A stretch of 64,000 nucleotides of DNA from Squalus acanthias (lineage: Eukaryota), in the NCBI GenBank assembly GCA_030390025.1, contig CM059439.1, forward strand, positions 83,266,001-83,330,000, written 5' to 3'. Each line of letters begins with the position of its first letter. The first letter of the stretch is position 1. Under the pieces are notes generated by a model. That model saw only the letters and a list, made by a program, of their open reading frames with translations, made no database searches and was not told where the DNA came from. The translations under genes were made by a program, and so were the position numbers. Below are positions 51,091 through 63,950 of the stretch, one piece after another.

Positions 51091-53764
51091 ATGATAACTG
51101 GAGCACTTGTCGTCCCTGAACCTTAAGGCTCATGGCCTGCCTGTTACGGTTCTAGCCTGTAATTTATCGTGGCCAAGCTTTGATTGGGTGGCTCGGATTC
51201 CGGGAAGGTGGCTACATCCCCACACAAATTGCACAAGTGATGTCCTCAGTTCAGAGTCCTAATGGTTGGCACCAGAAACTCAACCCCTAACCCCCCCGTA
51301 TTCAACATTCTTGTTGTGAAGTTATGATATTTACACCTCTTACATTAGTTCTACAGCAGCAGAGCCTGGCTCTCTGACTGAAGTGAGAGGTAACGGTGGA
51401 AGATCAGTAACAGACAGGGTGATGTGGTGCTCCTCTGGAGTGCTGGGTTGCAGCTTAATGCCACTGATCCTCCTACGTGGAGTTTTAGCAATCGTGGCCA
51501 CACCATTTAAATTCTTTTGGAGGTGCCGACTAGTTTGAAGGGAAAAGAATAATCCAAGGATGAGTCACCTTGGCCAGCGACCTTCTGCTTGCTTGAAGGC
51601 CGATCAAGAGTGATCTGGGAGCCAGAAAATAATCTTTTGAAGAACACTCCTTGCCCGACACGTTAACTGGTCCGTTCTCTCCATCGATGGAGTGTTTGCA
51701 GCATTTTCTGTTTTTGTTTCAGATTTCCAGCATCCGCAGTTTTATTGATAAAATCATCTCCTTGTTGGTATCACAGCACCACCTTGTGTTCGATTCACTA
51801 GCTTTCAATTGTGATGGACGTCACATGGGAGATTGCCGTCACACAAAGCCCCTGTTCACCCCCTCTGCTAATTGAGGGCAGTGCAAAGCAGGGAACTGGG
51901 GACTACAGAGCTGTTCTTCAACTATACGCCCATATTTACTCTGATGTTAAAGCAAAATGATCTGCTGATCCTCCAGACTCCTGTCTCAATAAGATCTTTT
52001 CTGGTGGTGGAGGAATGTAACTGTACATTCCAAATGATTGGTTTGCATTCTCTTTTTCAAAAGATTTTGGAAGAAATTTGTATATGACCCAGTCAACTGC
52101 AAGAAAATTGCCTGGAATAAATTTGCTTATTATTCGTAGATCTCCTGTGGCATTGCTCACAGTGGGTCCTCTTCTCACCTGATCTTCATGTCTTCTTCAT
52201 TCTCTCACCGTGACATCTCTGTGTCTCCGTCTCTTTCTTCCCCCAAGCTCTCTTTTCTCTCTCGTGAATCTCGGGTTTCTACAATGTTGTATCCTTCTGC
52301 TGTCTCTCGCTCCATCACCTGATCTTCCTCCCACGCTTCCCACATTTCTCTCTCCTTGTGCCCTGATTTTCTGCTCCATCACACTGATATCTATCTTTCC
52401 CTGTCACCAATCTCTCTATCCACCCAGTCTGTACCTGAAGCCTCTCTCTTCTATGGTCTGCCTCTCAGTTCCTCAATCTGTCAGTCGTTCCCCCAATCTC
52501 TCACTTTCCCTCTTTCTGTGCCCCCCAATGCCTTTCTGTCTTTCTCCCCCTCCCTCTCTCTGCGTCTGGCCCCTGAATCTCTGTCCACCGAGTCTCCCTC
52601 TCTTTCTACCAAATTTGTCTCTCTCTTTCACCGATCGCTCTCTCTTTCGCTCTGTATCCTCAAACGCTTTCTCCCTATGCCCCCAATCTCCAGCTCTCTC
52701 GTGCCCCTGAATTTCTCTCTCTGTCCCTCCACAGTAGAAGGGAGAGTTGACCTAAAGTGGCCACAGGAAATCACTGATGGAGATCTGCAGAAAGGGGAAG
52801 CATCTTGGCAGAGGTGTCAGGAGTGGGGACGGGCCAATCAGGAGAACATGCTGGGAGTAAGAGCTGGTAGCAGTGAGGCCAGGACTAGCTGGATGTCCAA
52901 GAGGCCATAGAAATTTTTTTTTAAATGTAAATTGAATGAAAACAAAAACATTTGTCACACAGGACTTGGGAAACAACATTTAAAAAAATCGTAGAGTGGG
53001 GCCAGACAGAGCCAGGAGCAAGAGCCAACAGCAGCGAGAGAGATTCAGGGGCCAAAGAGTGTGAGTTTGGTGTTGGTGGTGATGAAACAGAAATTGTGGG
53101 GACAGAAAGATATTGGGGATAGAAAGAGAGATTGGGCATACAGAGAAACCGAGAGATTAGGGGAAAGACAGAGAGATGATGGGTGAGAGAGGCTGCCGGG
53201 ACAGACGGAGAGTCTGGGCAGACGGAGCGATCGGAGACAGCGAAAGATAGAGATCAGGGTGACGGAGCAAGAAATTGGGGCACAAGGAAAGAGAAATGTG
53301 GGAAGTGAGCGGAAGATTAGGTGACGGAGCGAGAGATAGCAGGAGGATACAACATTGAAACCCGAGATTCATGAGGAAAAAAGAGCTTGGGGGAAGAACG
53401 AGACAGAGACACAGAGATGTCACGGCGAGAGAATGAAGAAGACATGAAGATCAGGTGAGAAGAGGACTCACTGTGAGCAATGCCACAGAGGATCTACGAA
53501 TCATAAGCAAATTTATTAAAGGCAATTTTCTTGCAGCTGACTGGGTCATATGCAAGTATCTTCCAAATTCTTTTTAAAAAAGAGAAAAATAATGATTTGC
53601 AAACATACGAAAAAGACAGGCAGAAAAAGACGTGCTGGTGCATCGAGCCTGTCCCATTCATTCATGTTACAACAAGACAACACAACCCCCCCCCCCCCCC
53701 CCCCCCTCCCACCCCCTGCTTCTTACCGACCAGCAGCCTGGGAGAGGTAAAGAAAACAGATTTT

Positions 53765-54030
53765 AAAAATGAAAGCAAAATATTGCGGATGCTGAAAATC
53801 TTAAATAAAAACAGAAAATGCTGGAAACACTCAGCAGGTCAGGCAGCATCTGTAGAGAGAGAAACAAGAGTTAATGTTTCAGGTCGATGACCCTTCGTCA
53901 GAACTGGAAAAAGTTAGAGATGTAACAGATTTTAAGCCGGTGCAGGGGCAGGGAAAGGGGGGGGAGGGGAGGAAAGAACAAAAAGGTAGGTCTGTGATCG
54001 GGTGGAAGGCAGGAGAGATTACACGAGAAG
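53765..54030 (-). mobile_element. Penelope-like 3' terminal fragment with mutated hammerhead (53869-53905)
   Basis: Reverse complement of 7600-7820; GAAAC-ATT instead of GAAAC-GTT. Confidence 0.75.
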
Positions 54031-54417
54031 GGAAACAGAAAGCAATGAAGATGAACAAGGTAAAAGAAACAAAAAAAAAACCCTCGGCCAATTCGGGGAC
54101 ACAGTAATTCTGGGAAATACCTCTGCAACCACCCCCCCACCCCGGAAGGTGAACAAGAACAGGTTCCAGGAGATGTCAGTGAGCTCGAGATACATCACCC
54201 AACATCCCACCGGTTTTGTACACAGTGACATCAGCCTCCTCCAGGAACTCTCCCGGCTCCCCTTCTGAACGTTTGCGCCCACTACATGAGCTGGCAACAT
54301 GTTCCAAGGTCGATGACCCTCCAGGAAAATAATTAAAAAACCCTGACATCTGATCTAACTCTACGCTTGCATAACTTGCATGTCTCCTTGTACTCCCCAA
54401 CTTATCTAATTCAAATA

Positions 54418-54678
54418 CAGGAATCCCTCCCCAACCGCGGGGGATACGTCCCTGAAAACCCCCCGTGGTTAGTAAAACCGCGGTTGGCAAATTCAGTAAA
54501 AACACAATAAAAAAGAATATAAATAGCATAAAAATCATGTTTTTTTACCTTATTCCTACATTAAAAATCGCGGCTACGCGAATTTCACTGCCGCGGTTGA
54601 CAGAAATTGTCGCAGAGAGGAAACCGCGGATACGTGAAATCCGCGTGTGGCAAAACCGCGGTTGGGGCGGGATTCCTG
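54418..54678. mobile_element. Tc1/mariner-pogo (Tigger-like) MITE, 261 bp
   Basis: 23-bp TIRs CAGGAATCCCTCCCCAACCGCGG / CCGCGGTTGGGGCGGGATTCCTG (1 mismatch), flanked by TA on both sides. Confidence 0.88.
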
Positions 54679-54818
54679 TAATCTGTCCACATGGACACAG
54701 TTTAGTCCCTTCTTCATTTTAGCTATTTCAATCAAGTCTCCCCAAAGTCTACGATTTTTCAGAGTAAAAAGACCCATCTGCCTGAGCCTAGCGAGATAAC
54801 CAAGGGTTTTTAAACTAA

Positions 54819-55570
54819 GGGCTAGAAATTAATGGGGCGCTAACTTTTGAAAAGTAGCGGCAGGCGCTAATGATTCTCTCCGGCTGGAAATTCAGCTTTA
54901 GAGCTCCAAGAGGGAAGTGGAGCGCTAAATCAAGCGCAAACCACTTCTCTTAGTGCGCTAATGTCCGAGAGCGGGGCAGCAGCGGCAGAGCGCTGAACAA
55001 TGAGGAGCGCAAAGATACCGGCATCGGAGGCTGCTTCCCTCGCTTAAAGGGAAAGGCCAATGATGATGCACAACATACTTCTGCTCAATTCTGTGTTGCC
55101 AGGCGACCTTCACGACTGCCGTTACAGCCCCAGACACTCTCAGAGAGTGGAGGGTTTGGACATCTCACAGCAATAAAGCATCGAAAACTTTCAGCAGGCA
55201 CCAGACTGGTGCAAAGAATAAAGTTTGGCCTTCCTGAAAACCAGTGCCTTTAATTAGCGCTCCCCAAGTGGCCAGCCAAGGTGACAACACCTCCTCTTCC
55301 TGCCGTTGCTGACGCCCGGCGATACAGCAGGGGGTGGGAGGCAATTTCACATACAGGGCGGTAACAGGGCGCTGCGCACTTTATTACATCACAATCTGCA
55401 AGGCGCTGGAGGGCGAGGCGGTAAGTGTTATCGCCAGCGCTAAACCGGCAGGGAAGTTCACGGGCGTCGCTGAATTCGCCACGCCCGGTCACTAACCCTT
55501 TAGCGCCCTGTTACAGCCCCCCCCCCCCCAGGCACTAACTGGAGGCGCAAAGCTGCCAAATTTCTCCCCC
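54819..55570. mobile_element. PIF/Harbinger-type non-autonomous element
   Basis: Termini GGGCTAGAAATT / AATTTCTCCCCC; TAA on both sides (54816-18, 55571-73); host CR1 frame restored on removal. Confidence 0.75.
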
Positions 55571-56764
55571 TAAGTATTAATCTCGTGACCCTCCTCTGAA
55601 CCTTTTCCGTGGCCTCTGTATCTCCTACGGTGTGAGGGGACCAGTAGTGGACACAGTATTCTAGATGGGGCCTAACCAAAGTCTGGTACAAGAACATTGT
55701 GGTGCTCTTTGTTTTATATTGGATCATCCTCGCAATACATCCTAATATCTATTTACTTTTGTTATTGCCTCTCGGGACTGGTTGTGGACTTTACAGAGTT
55801 GACTCAAAAAAGATCTTATTGAGACAGGAGTCGGAATGATCATCACATGAACTTCCTTGAACTTCAAAATAAAGACAGCCGTGTAGTTGAAGAATAGCCC
55901 AGTTCCCTGCTTCGCACTGCCGTCAATCAGGAGAGGAAGTGAACAGTGACTTGGTGTGACAGCAATTTCCCATGTCACATCCATCACAATCGAAAGCTAA
56001 TGAATAGACCCACAGCGATTCTGGACCTTTGCTTTGGAACAGTTTATGCACCGTGTAACTGAAGTATAATTAAACTAACGGGAGGAAAATCAGACACCAT
56101 TACAGGTGTGCAATCTTCCCAGCATGATATTCCTCTCTGCACTGCGACCAGGTGATGATCTACACCCAGAGGCTAACATTGAAAATCTACCCCATCGACG
56201 TTCCTGCATGTGTCACTGGACGGTGACCAGGAGCCGGAACCCGGGCTGACGTTTCTTCTTGCAAGCCCAAGGACACTGGGACCAGGTCCAGTCCCCCCAC
56301 CGCTGTATTTAATTGAGGTCGGATGACTCCGCGCGAATGGGGGAATCGAACCTGGGATCTTCCTAGGTTGTATGGCTCAGCTTCACATTATCAGAGCTTT
56401 CTTTGTATCTGCAGACTTTATGATAAACAAGTTTGCCGGGAAACATGGTTCAAGGTGGGATCAGTTATTCAGAATGAGCTGCAAAATCCAGTTGCCCATT
56501 GTACACTGGAGTCGCACCATTTCTCCACAAGGCGGTGCTGTGGTACCAACAAGAAGATGATTGTATCAGAAAACTGCAGATGCTGGAGATCTCGAACAAA
56601 AACAGAAAATGCGTCACTATCCTTGGCTGATGGACAATCCTCACTGTAATGCATCCACATTACTTGTATTCAATTTCCACTCCTTCGTCTCCCCCGAACC
56701 TGTTTGAGGTTAAATGACCCATGAAAAAAATCTGAAAGTTAAGAAAAAACGAGATGGTGAAATT

Positions 56765-57200
56765 GGGCAACACGGTGGCATAGTGGTTAGCACTGGTGCC
56801 TCACAGCGCCAGAGACCCGGGTTCGAATCTGACCTCGGGTGACTGTCTGTGTGGAGTTTGCACATTCTCCCCGTGTCTGCGTGGGTTTCCTCCGGGTGCT
56901 CCGGTTTCCTCCCACAGTCCAAAAATGTGTGGGTTAGGTTGATTTGGCTATGATAAATTGACCCTTAGTGTTAGGGGGGATTAAATATGTGGGGTTATGG
57001 GGATAGGATGGGATATGTTAGGGGGAATTAAATACGTGGGGTTACGGGGGTAGGGTGGGATATGTGTACTGTGGGGATTAAAGCAGGGACAGGGTACTGG
57101 ATTTGGATGATCAGCCATGATCGTATTGAATGGCGGAGCAGGCTCGACGGGCCGAATGGCCTATTCCTGCTCCTAGAGTCTATGTTTCTATGTTTCTATG
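56765..57200 (+). mobile_element. HE1-like V-SINE, full length
   Basis: tRNA-like head, V-core 'gtgtggagtttgcacattctccccgtgtctgcgtgggtttcctccgggtgctccggtttcctcccaca', CR1-derived tail with (TTTCTATG)n. Confidence 0.88.
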
Positions 57201-57637
57201 TTTGTATGTCAATTAAACAGTTCAGAGCGTGGTGTACTGTGCAAAAAAATTGCTTTTTATGGAAGAAAACAAAATACTGGAAACATTCCAGCAGGTCCGT
57301 CACCATTGATGGAGAGAACGGAAAAAGAGTGTTCTTCCAAAAATTATTTTCTGGCTCCCAGATCACTCTTGATCTGTCTACGAGCAAGTGGAAGGTCACT
57401 GGCCAGGTTGACGCATCCTCGGATTATTTTTTTTTCAAACTGTTGAGCACCTCCAAAAAAATGGTTGTGGCCACGATTCTATTTTGTTGTCTGGTAGGTA
57501 GGGTCCAGGAGAGTGTGGATTTCTAAAACAGAATATACTCCACTTACCAGGAAACATGTCCTGTCAGCACACTTGAAATATTTTCTCCCTCCTTCATTTT
57601 TTTTAACTCTCCTGAAACATGTTGGTGTACAGTTCCA

Positions 57638-58403
57638 CATTGGGCCAGATTTCGCTGCATCAGGGCATCTAACGGCATCTGCCGTTAGTTAGACTTGCCC
57701 TTGCACGTTTAGGTTTTTTAATTTTTTGCACAGCAAGTTGCTGAAAGCACTAGCTGATAACATCGCAGCGAGGGAAACAAGGCAAGCAACTGTGTATCTC
57801 CTTAACCAATCAAATTGAAGAATTGTGACATCAACAAGGGCTAAGAAGGAAGTGTAAATTAGAGTGGGTGAATTCAATGTCAAATCAGGTACAGCAAGAG
57901 AAATAAAGAGGGAAAGAAAGATTGGATTAAGCAAGAGAGAAAAGAGACAGAAAGGAAAAGTAAAAAAAACATTTTAAATTTAAAATGTTACATTTTTTAA
58001 ATCACCAACAATTAAAACCTGAAGGAATGATGCTCCACACTTGTAATGGTTCATTTTCAGTGCCAGAGAGGTTGATTGGCAGTAATAAACACTTCGCATG
58101 TCATTTAAAGGGTGCTTAGATTTGAAATGACAAGACTTAACTCTCTGTGGCGAGTTTAGTTTGTATCTACCGTGCAAATACAGCAACTTCACCACATTCA
58201 ATGCTTTTCAATGGTAAGGCAGACAACGAGATGCCGTTTTCACGAAGCTAATGGTGGAGCGGCACAACTCGGAAGCAACTTTTGGATATTTGAGTTTAAC
58301 CGTGCATCTGCCCCTCGCCTGAAGTTGCTGTACCAATTGCGCATAAATAATGGTGAGCGCCATTCGCCTCACCGTTATTTTGACAGCAAATTCTGGCCCA
58401 ATG
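57638..58403. mobile_element. Non-autonomous DNA transposon with 20-bp imperfect TIRs
   Basis: CATTGGGCCAGATTTCGCTG vs CAGCAAATTCTGGCCCAATG (18/20 inverted match). Confidence 0.65.
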
Positions 58404-58699
58404 TCACGCACCCTCCAATGCTGCATCCACATAGACAATGAATGTTGGCCGGCATCTTTGATGGTGGGAGCATCAACAACTGATTCCAGTCCTTTGCACA
58501 CATGCACTTTCCAGCAAGAGTTACTGGATTGGCAGTGAGGAATCAGGAGAGGATACCGCAGTGATTCGCTTTTCCTTCCCAGAAGGTGTTGGCACAAGCA
58601 TGGGCAATATTGGTGCTTGGAGGATCCAGTCAGCAGGCAAGAGATGATGGTGCAGAGTGTTGTAAAACACTAGATGGAACCAGCAAGAACAATCTGAAC

Positions 58700-58832
58700 A
58701 AAAAGCAAAATGCTGCGGATGCTGGAAATCTGAAATCAAAACAGAAAATGCCGAAAACACTCAGCAGGTCAGGCAGCATCTGTGGAGACAGAAACAGAGT
58801 CAACGTTTCAGGTCGATGACCCTTCGTCAGAA
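58700..58832 (-). mobile_element. Penelope-like tail truncated within the hammerhead (58798-58832)
   Basis: Similarity to 7720-7820; ends 2 nt before CTGACGA on the minus strand. Confidence 0.7.
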
Positions 58833-59914
58833 TGAAATTCAACAAAGACAAGAGTCTTATAAGATCCTGATGTTCACAACCCTCCCTACCTCTGTGATCT
58901 ACTCCAACCATACATTGAGTTACATCGAGTCTACAGCACAGAAACAGGTCATTCGACCCAACTGGTCTATGTTGGCATTTATGCTCCACACCAGCCTCCT
59001 CCCACCCCTCATGCATGCATCCTCCACATCCAGATTACTCCTTTTTCCCTCTTCTTTCCACTAGTAGGAGTCTATTATTTTGGCCTCTACAGCCCTTCCT
59101 TCCAGATTTGCTTCATTAACTCTCTGCACCCACCGCCACCCTCTCTACTTTCAAAAACATTCTTAAAATCCTTCTCTGTGAACAGGCTTTCAGCCTCTTG
59201 CCCACCAGACTTCCCGCCTGAAAGAGTTAATTTGAAATGGTTAAATTCAATTTCTGCACAAATTGCAATAAAACCATGTGCAGTGAAGGTTTTGCAAAAC
59301 AAGATAAGGAATAGATACGATTCCAGCTGCCAGATAGACTCTTGGGGAGGGTTCAGTGTCTACTACCTAAGGTAATGAAAGAGACCTTCTAAAAAGTTAG
59401 ATAGAAGCTGTAGGCACAGCGCCAATCACAGATAACATACAGTAGTAATTGTGGGATTAGCCCATGCATAACAAGATGAAAACTAACCTTGATCAAAAAG
59501 CATAGCAAGATGTAACTGCTTTTATGATTGTTGCCAAATGTAATCAGGTGATTAATGTAATATGAAATGATTGGATATAAATCGATGTATGATGGCATGT
59601 AGCCAGAAAAAACTGAATAAAGGCTGTAGTAACCAAAGGTTAATTGAGAGGAGGCTACACTAGGTCACGGGACCTTTGGCTCTTCTCCCAAAGTACTTTG
59701 TCAATAAACTGTGTGTGTTGGACTTTACACAGACTCTGAGAATTTATTTTCTCTCCAACACCGCCCCACCCCTCCTCCGGCCGGTTCTTCTCCTGCTCAG
59801 TGCCCAAGCTTTTGTTTCAGCGCTCTGAGATGTTCTCTGTGTGAGGAGTGCTCAGGAATGTGAAGGAACTCACGTTTCACAAGGGGACTGGGTCACTGAC
59901 CTGGGTGTTAAGAA

Positions 59915-60352
59915 TTTATATAGCGCCTTTCACGACCTCAGGACGTTCCAAAGCGCTTTACAGCCAATGAAGTACTATTTGTAGTGTAGTCACTGTTGTA
60001 ATGTAGGAAACGCGGCAGCCAATTTGCACCTAGCAAGACTCCCACAAACGAATGAAAAAAATGACCGGATCATCTAGGTGTTGGTTGAGGGATAATTGTT
60101 GGCAAGGTTGCTGGGGTGAACACCCCTGCTCTTCTTAGTGTCGTGGGATCTTTTACATCCACCTGAGAGGGCAAACAGGATCTCAGTTAAATGCCTCATC
60201 CAAAAGACGGCACCTCTGACAGTGCAGCACTCCCTCAGAACTGCACTGGAGTTTAAGCCTAGATTTTGTGCCCAATCTCTGGAGCAGGGCTTGAACCCAC
60301 AACCGTCTGACTCCGAGGTGAAAGTGCTACCCACTTGAACCATGGCTGACAC
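59915..60352 (-). mobile_element. DeuSINE (SacSINE1-like)
   Basis: Reverse complement of 585-1035. Confidence 0.75.
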
Positions 60353-60651
60353 CTGAATTGAGGCAGCAATTAACAATTAACCTTTTCCACAAAAAAGTAA
60401 CGGGAGCGATTTCTTTGGAAGGGTAAATTAGTGATGAAGGTACATTCCAGAACTGTCTGCTAAAGTAGCATCTGCAGTAATGTTGCAGGAAAAGTGGTCA
60501 ATAATGTGAGCAGGAAAGATCCTGGCAAAAGTGCAATATGGTGAAAACCAATACTTACCTTGAATAATCTGCAAGATCTGTAAAGATCAGTCCACATATA
60601 AGCTAATATGGGTCAGATGCCGCTTTGCTCCAGCATCGTTCTGTATCTTAT

Positions 60652-61095
60652 AAGAACATAAGAAATAGGAGCAGCAGTAGGCCATTCGGCCCTTCGAGCC
60701 TGCTCCGCCATTCAATAAGATCATGGCCGATCTTCTACCTCAACTCTACCTTCCCGCACTATCCTCATATCTCTTGGTTCCCTTAATATTCAAAGATCTA
60801 TCAATCTCTGTCTTGAATATATTCAACGACTGAGCCTCCACAGCCCTCTGGGGTAGAGAATTCCTAAAATTCACCACCCTCTGAGTGAAGAAATTTCTCC
60901 TCATCTCAGTCCTAAATGGTCAACCCCTTATTCTGAGACTGTGACCCCTGGTTCTCGACTCCCCAGCCAGGGGAAACATCCCCTCCTGCATCTACCCTGT
61001 CAAGCCCTGTAAGAATTTTGTATGTTTCAATGAGATCACCTCTCATTCTTCTAAACGCTAGGGAATATAGGCCTAGTCTACTCAATCTCTCCTCT
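60652..61095 (-). mobile_element. CR1 3' fragment
   Basis: Matches 1868-2315. Confidence 0.82.
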
Positions 61096-61269
61096 TGATT
61101 GAGGGCAGGCGTTGAATGTCGATAGGTACAAATAGAGAAGGAACGCCTGGCAATTTATATTTGCTTGTGAGCATTTCCACCTGTATTTATGTTGGCACAT
61201 TCTAGAAGTCGGGAACTTATGATAAGCCTTTAGTCGCTATTTTAAAAAAGAAACAACACAGAAATATAT

Positions 61270-62015
61270 TGGCCCAAAAATTAGTCCCGCGACGCGAGAG
61301 TATGCACTGTGTACTCTCGCGTATTCTGTCACCAATTGCCGGTTTTCTGCATGCACTGCGCATGCGCTGAAAACCGGCACTTGGTTTTTGGAAAAGGGGG
61401 CGGTTCCTCGGTGCACCGCGTGCGCGCTACAGGCTGCGCGCACGCTGTGCACTTCGTGCTTTGGACGCGCAGGTAAGGACGGAAGATTTTAGAAATGAAA
61501 AAAGGAGGAGTAAGACCCACTTTTAACAAGGTAAGTAGTGAATTAAGTATTATTTTGAATTTTTTTTAACAGGTATATCTTTTTTAGAGACTTTAAAGAC
61601 AGGTAAGTTTATTTTTATAACTTTTTAAAAGATTTTAAATTTTTTCAAAAATTTAATTTTTTATTTAAAATGGTTAATTTATTTAACTATACTTATTTTA
61701 TTAATGTGATGGGGTTTTTTTTTAATTTAATTGAGGTTTAGCTGTTATTTTGGGGGTGTGTAAGATTCATAGCTTTCACAGCACGTATGTGAAACTTATG
61801 AATGGAAGATGGTGTGCTGCCATTGGCTCTAACTGAGTCATGTGATCCCACAGCTCGCACGAATTCACTACGCTGGTGGGATACGCAAGCACTGCCCAGC
61901 TGATGTCTAGAACATCAAGTTCGTGCGAGCTGGATCTGAAAAAGCCAACGCGGAGTGAGAGATCGCGGGGAAGCCTTACCCCCGCGTCAACACTCAGTCT
62001 TTAATTTCTGGGCCA
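61270..62015. mobile_element. Non-autonomous DNA transposon with short TIRs
   Basis: TGGCCCAAAAATTA / TAATTTCTGGGCCA; CpG-rich ends and an AT-rich centre. Confidence 0.6.
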
Positions 62016-62039
62016 TTAGCTTGTGTAAAATGGAGGATG

Positions 62040-62560
62040 CGTAAAATCACAAGCAAAATGTAAATGGAATGCTGAAGACAATAGGGTGCAAGTCGGAGGA
62101 AGTCACGATGAAACTGTACAATGCTCTGGCCAGACCGCACATTGAGTACTGTACCTTGTTCTGGTGGCTGAGAAATAAGGGAGACCTTCAAGCATTGGAG
62201 GCAGTGGAGACAGGAGACACGTGGCTGGTTCCGAGAGTCAGGAGAAAACACCAGAGAACCATGAGCTGTTCAGCTTTGAAAGGAGGCGATAAAGGGGTGA
62301 CCTTGTAGTAATTTTTCAAGATAGTAACCAGTATAGAAAAGATAGATCGGGAACACCGCCTCAATCAAGACCACTCGGACAAGAGGACACAGGTTCAAAC
62401 TAGTAAAAGGCAAGTTTCGGACTGATGGTAGGATGTTGTTCTTCACACAAAGAGTGATCAACACAAAGAATGGACCTGTGGATATAGTGGGGCCAAAAAT
62501 CCCAGAATCAATTGAGGAATGGTTGGATGCTATGATGGAGGGGACAGCAGGGTCTATCAG
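62040..62560 (+). mobile_element. Old CR1 fragment
   Basis: KLYNALARPHIEYC motif. Confidence 0.7.
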
Positions 62561-63319
62561 GAAACTATAAGCTAAAATCTTGCATCCTCTTAAAATAGAA
62601 CGGTGGACTCAGTGTGTAGGGGATTAAAATTCCTCTTCTGCACTAACTCCAGATTCCTAAAAGTCCTCCCAAACCAAAAGCCAGTAAAGAAAGATCCTTT
62701 TAACATTTTCTTTTGACGTTGCTTATAAACCTGGCGCACGAAACCAAACTAATAAAACCAAAACCCTGTCATGAACCCCCACGTATTTCTATTTGAGGAA
62801 TGCTATTTAAAGACATGTTATTGTTCCCTTCTTGCTATTTATAACTTCTCTCTTCACCTGTTCCTATTTATCCAACTCAATGACTAAATTATTTATGCAT
62901 TTCATCATTGACCTATTTGGAGGACAATTCTTCTGAAATACCATAATGAAGGTTATCAAGTATCGTTTATGGAGATCGACCTGTTTACCGCCACCCCCTC
63001 CCCACCCCAATGCCTTAATCTTCCCTCTTTACTCATTTAATATCTCAGTTCAGTTTCTTGTTGTACCAGGATCGACCCAAACCATTTTAACCCTCTCTTG
63101 TCTGGCAAAAAACAACCCTCCATCTCTTCCAATCTCTCCAACGTCAAGGCTCAACTTTTATCAACATTTTCTTGGGATCCCAACATCTTCGCACAAAGAA
63201 AAACAATCTGTCGAGTTACATAGAATAGTCAGTTATCCTTGTGCAAAATTGTATGCAATGTCCGCGTAAACCTGCACCTTTATTTGTTCCCACTTCCCTT
63301 GTTGATACTATAAGAGGTG

Positions 63320-63950
63320 GGAATATAAAGTAAATGGCATCAGGCTGCAGGACACAACACAGAAAAAGGATCTTGGGGTTATCAGTGGGGAGGTCACCAA
63401 AACCAACAGCTCCAATCGGGGCAGCAAGAAGAAAAGCTGAGCGGATCTTGGGGTGTATGGCCAGACAAATAGATCATAAATCCCACGAGATGATAATGAG
63501 TCTATATGGGGTAGTGATATGACCAGACCTGGAGTACTCTGTACAATTCTGGTTGCTGTATTATAGCACGAATACACAGGTATTGGAGGCAATGCAGAAA
63601 AGGGCAACCAAAAGGGGAAGGTTGAGGAATCTGGGGTAGTTTACTTTGGAGAAGAGTAGGCTCAGGAAGGGTATTATTTAAGATTCCTAAGGGAATAGAT
63701 AAATTGAACCCCAATGATATGCTCGAGATTTCCACAAACTCTAGAACCAAGGCAGATGGGTTTAAGGTTAGAAGAGGAATGGTGCAGAGACAGTGTAGAT
63801 TTTGACAATTTTATTTGTGTGGAGAGGACTGCACATGGAAAAATTTAAGGAGAACTGGATAGACATTTGAGGGCTATTGAGAGGTACTTCTCTTTTGGAA
63901 CCAGCTAGATAGGTTGCAGGATCATTTCTGATCCTGTATTTTTTTATGCT
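63320..63950 (+). mobile_element. Very old CR1 fragment
   Basis: EKDLGV, KAERILGC and RPDLEY-like remnants. Confidence 0.55.

Larger units (their letters stand above)
54280..55790 (-). mobile_element. Old CR1 fragment hosting two MITEs
   Basis: LVRPHLEYCVHYWSPH...RRVTRLIL resumes as SLKTLGYLARLRQMGLFTLKNRRLWGDLIE once the insert is removed. Confidence 0.72.
51490..57480. repeat. Old inverted duplication; right arm broken up by later insertions
   Basis: Four collinear reverse-complement segment pairs (see finding). Confidence 0.8.

Noticed and set aside
52210-52910. Hydrophobic 166 and 184 aa ORFs
   Set aside because: CT-rich low-complexity sequence that is stop-poor by composition; the frame is not kept in the duplicate arm.
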